Shown piece after piece: positions 27,342 through 29,514 of a stretch of 29,514 nt of DNA. Each line of letters begins with the position of its first letter. Position 1 is the stretch's first letter. This DNA comes from Sulfurospirillum sp. (lineage in GTDB: Bacteria; Campylobacterota; Campylobacteria; Campylobacterales; Sulfurospirillaceae). Made by a program: the position numbers and the translations under genes. Location: positions 1 through 29,514 of the forward strand of contig JASFYR010000027.1 of the NCBI GenBank assembly GCA_045047115.1. Reading direction: 5' to 3'. Below the pieces are notes generated by a model. That model did no database searches, was not told where the DNA came from, and worked only from the letters and a program-made list of their open reading frames with translations.

Positions 27342-29061
27342 TTAATTTTTACTTATCATAAGTTTTATTGTAAAAACGGCACCTTTTGTATTATTTTTTA
27401 TATCTATATGTCCATGCATGTTTTCTTCTATGATAATTTTACTCATATAAAGTCCAATCCCGGTACCTTGTGTTGGATGCTTGGTAGTAAAGTATGGTTC
27501 AAAGATTCTATTCATTATATTTTTACTTATACCTCCTCCGTTGTCTTCTATCTTAACAAGGGCATATTTCCTGCCTTTTTTCAAGGTTAATCCCATATAT
27601 GGTTCTTCTATCCTTCTTTCGACTAGAACATCTTTTGCATTAGATAAAATATTTAAGATAGCTTGTGAAAATTCTCTTGGGTATCCAAAAACTTCACAAT
27701 CTTCTTTTATATTGATTTCAAAATTAATATTATTATATTTTAAAGATGATTCTATGATATAGCTGGCTTTTTTACATTCGTCTTTAAGACTAAATATAGA
27801 TTTTTCCTTGGATGGTTTGAAGAAATTTTGAAAAGCAGTTATAGTTTTTGACATATGAGAAAGTATTATATCACACTCCTGTATATTTGCATTGAAATCT
27901 TTATCGCTTAAGTTATCACTCTCTTTTTTTGCCTGCATGTATATCAATATCGCATTTATCTCACTTAGAGGTTGTCTCCATTGATGAGCAATATTGCCTA
28001 TCATATTTCCCATTGCAGCTAATTTGCTTTGCTGAATGAGGAGTTTTTCCTGTTTTGTTTTCTCACTTATCTCTGCAACTATTCTATCTTCCAGGCTATC
28101 TATCATTTTATTTATAATTTTTTTTAATTTAATTAATTCTTTACTGCTTGCAAACTCTTTTAGTCTTTTTTCTAAATTTCCTTTTCTAAGTTCATTTACA
28201 ACATCAGTAGTGTCTTCTATAAGTTTTATATCTTTTTTAAGATTATTTTTTAAGATTTTTATTTTTTTATTTTTTATTTTTATTATTACCATTACTATCT
28301 TTAGGCATCATTAATAAAGCAAGAGTTACTTCTCTGGCTATTGTGTCACTTATGTTTTTTGTTTTTGCAAATGCCCATTCAGGATAAAGTGCAGTACTGC
28401 AAATAAAAGGAAATTTTTCATGGTGCTGTTTATGTAAGATAGTGATATTTTGTAAATCTAATTGTTTCCTGGCTTGAAGCTCTTCTAGTACGCCTGTTCT
28501 TATAATTCCTATATCTGCTTCATTATTCAGTATAGAATTAACTATTTTTACATGTGAATCTAAAAATGATACATTTTTTTTATTAAATTTCACATGATTT
28601 TTTATAAATGTATCAAGACCTATAAGCCATCCACCAAATCCAAAAGGTGCTACGGCATCTATGCGTGTGTTTTCATTTATTTGCGAAAGTTTAGTTATCC
28701 GAGATTTTTTACTAGCAATAATAACTGATCCAAATTCGGTAACCCTGCCTAGTCTTTTTAAAGTTAATATTTTAGAAATACCTACGGTTGATTCCAAATC
28801 AATATATATAACAGGCTGAGTAATTACAAAGTCTATTTTACCGGCTATAATTTGTTTTTTTATATCAATAAATTCTTTGGGGTAAAATGTTTTTAATTTA
28901 AAATTATATTTTGAAAGTTTTTTATTTAGGTAGTTTACCGTAGGTGTCCATTGCTCTACAGCATGTTCTATGCTATGATCAGCACGTACTGCTATTGTTA
29001 TAGTCTGAGCATTAATAATAAAAGGTAATAATAAAATAAAAAATTTACCAAAATACATCAT
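27342..29061 (-). pseudogene. Sensor histidine kinase with PhnD-like periplasmic domain, split into two ORFs (28267-29061 and 27342-28292)
   Basis: 5' ORF has a signal peptide and binding-protein fold (FGFGGWL, STALYPEWAFA). 3' ORF has IAHQWRQPL, NILSNAKD, DNGGGI, GTGIGL. No TM helix between them; frames differ. Confidence 0.8.
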
Positions 29062-29091
29062 AAACCTTTTTTAGGGTTTGACAATAAGAGC

Positions 29092-29514
29092 CTAACTCTC
29101 CACAAGTTTATACCCGATACCTGAAAGGTTTTTTATACAATCTTTTGAAAGCTTATGTCTTATATTTCTAACTAACGACTTCAACGCTTCATTGCTCATA
29201 ATGTCATCTTTCCAAATATATTTTTGCAATTCCTCATAAGTTACAACTCTATGTTTATTTTGGATTAGTAATTCAAAAAAGGCGATTTCCTTTTTACTTA
29301 ATTTTATTTTCTCCTCTTTACTTGCAAGTGTTTTATTGTCAAAATCATACCTGTATCCGCAAAGAAGATCTTTTGCTATGGCATGGTTGCCAGATATGAC
29401 CTCCAAGCATTTTTGGAGAGCATTGCTTAGCTCTTTAAAGTTGACGGGCTTTACTATGTACTGCTCTATGTGCAAATCAATTAAACTTAAAAGATATTCT
29501 TTATCCGTATAGGC
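29092..29514 (-). CDS. OmpR-family response regulator (5' end outside window)
   Basis: Frame open to the window end: AYTDKEYLL..YIVKP (receiver end) and LKSLVRNIRHKL..GIGYKL (winged helix). Confidence 0.9.
   Translation of the reverse strand, partial: AYTDKEYLLSLIDLHIEQYIVKPVNFKELSNALQKCLEVISGNHAIAKDLLCGYRYDFDNKTLASKEEKIKLSKKEIAFFELLIQNKHRVVTYEELQKYIWKDDIMSNEALKSLVRNIRHKLSKDCIKNLSGIGYKLVES

Overview
AT-rich Campylobacterota-type chromosomal window (Sulfurospirillum/Arcobacter-like gene order; genus is an inference) with three zones. (1) 1-4824 is the distal end of an integron cassette array with no integrase in the window. It has five attC sites (four 68-bp siblings and one 135-bp type) whose core/inverse-core pairing can be read cassette by cassette. 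Cargo is a pentapeptide-repeat gene, a DEDDh exonuclease-BRCT gene, a NERD-zinc-ribbon gene, a 5-ORF cassette ending in a RelE/ParE-type TA pair, and HigBA. The most unusual signal is a 30-bp GC-rich hairpin unit sitting exactly at the G|TT crossover of two unrelated attC types. (2) 5459-17298 is a core block: nifU/nifS, fliI, folE, tig, clpP, degenerate GGDEF, def, comM/yifB, nnr, purN, and tRNAs Pro-His-Arg-Arg-Leu. (3) 17300-29514 holds a decayed tRNA-Leu-integrated island bounded by a 16-bp att repeat at 24446-24461. It carries a VirD4/TraG-like ATPase, an FtsZ-tail-like remnant, broken IS3 and IS256 elements, a relaxase-helicase fragment and an intact AbiE-type TA pair. Beyond it lie an orphan HTH-HipA kinase and an internally deleted PhnD-domain sensor kinase with its response regulator.
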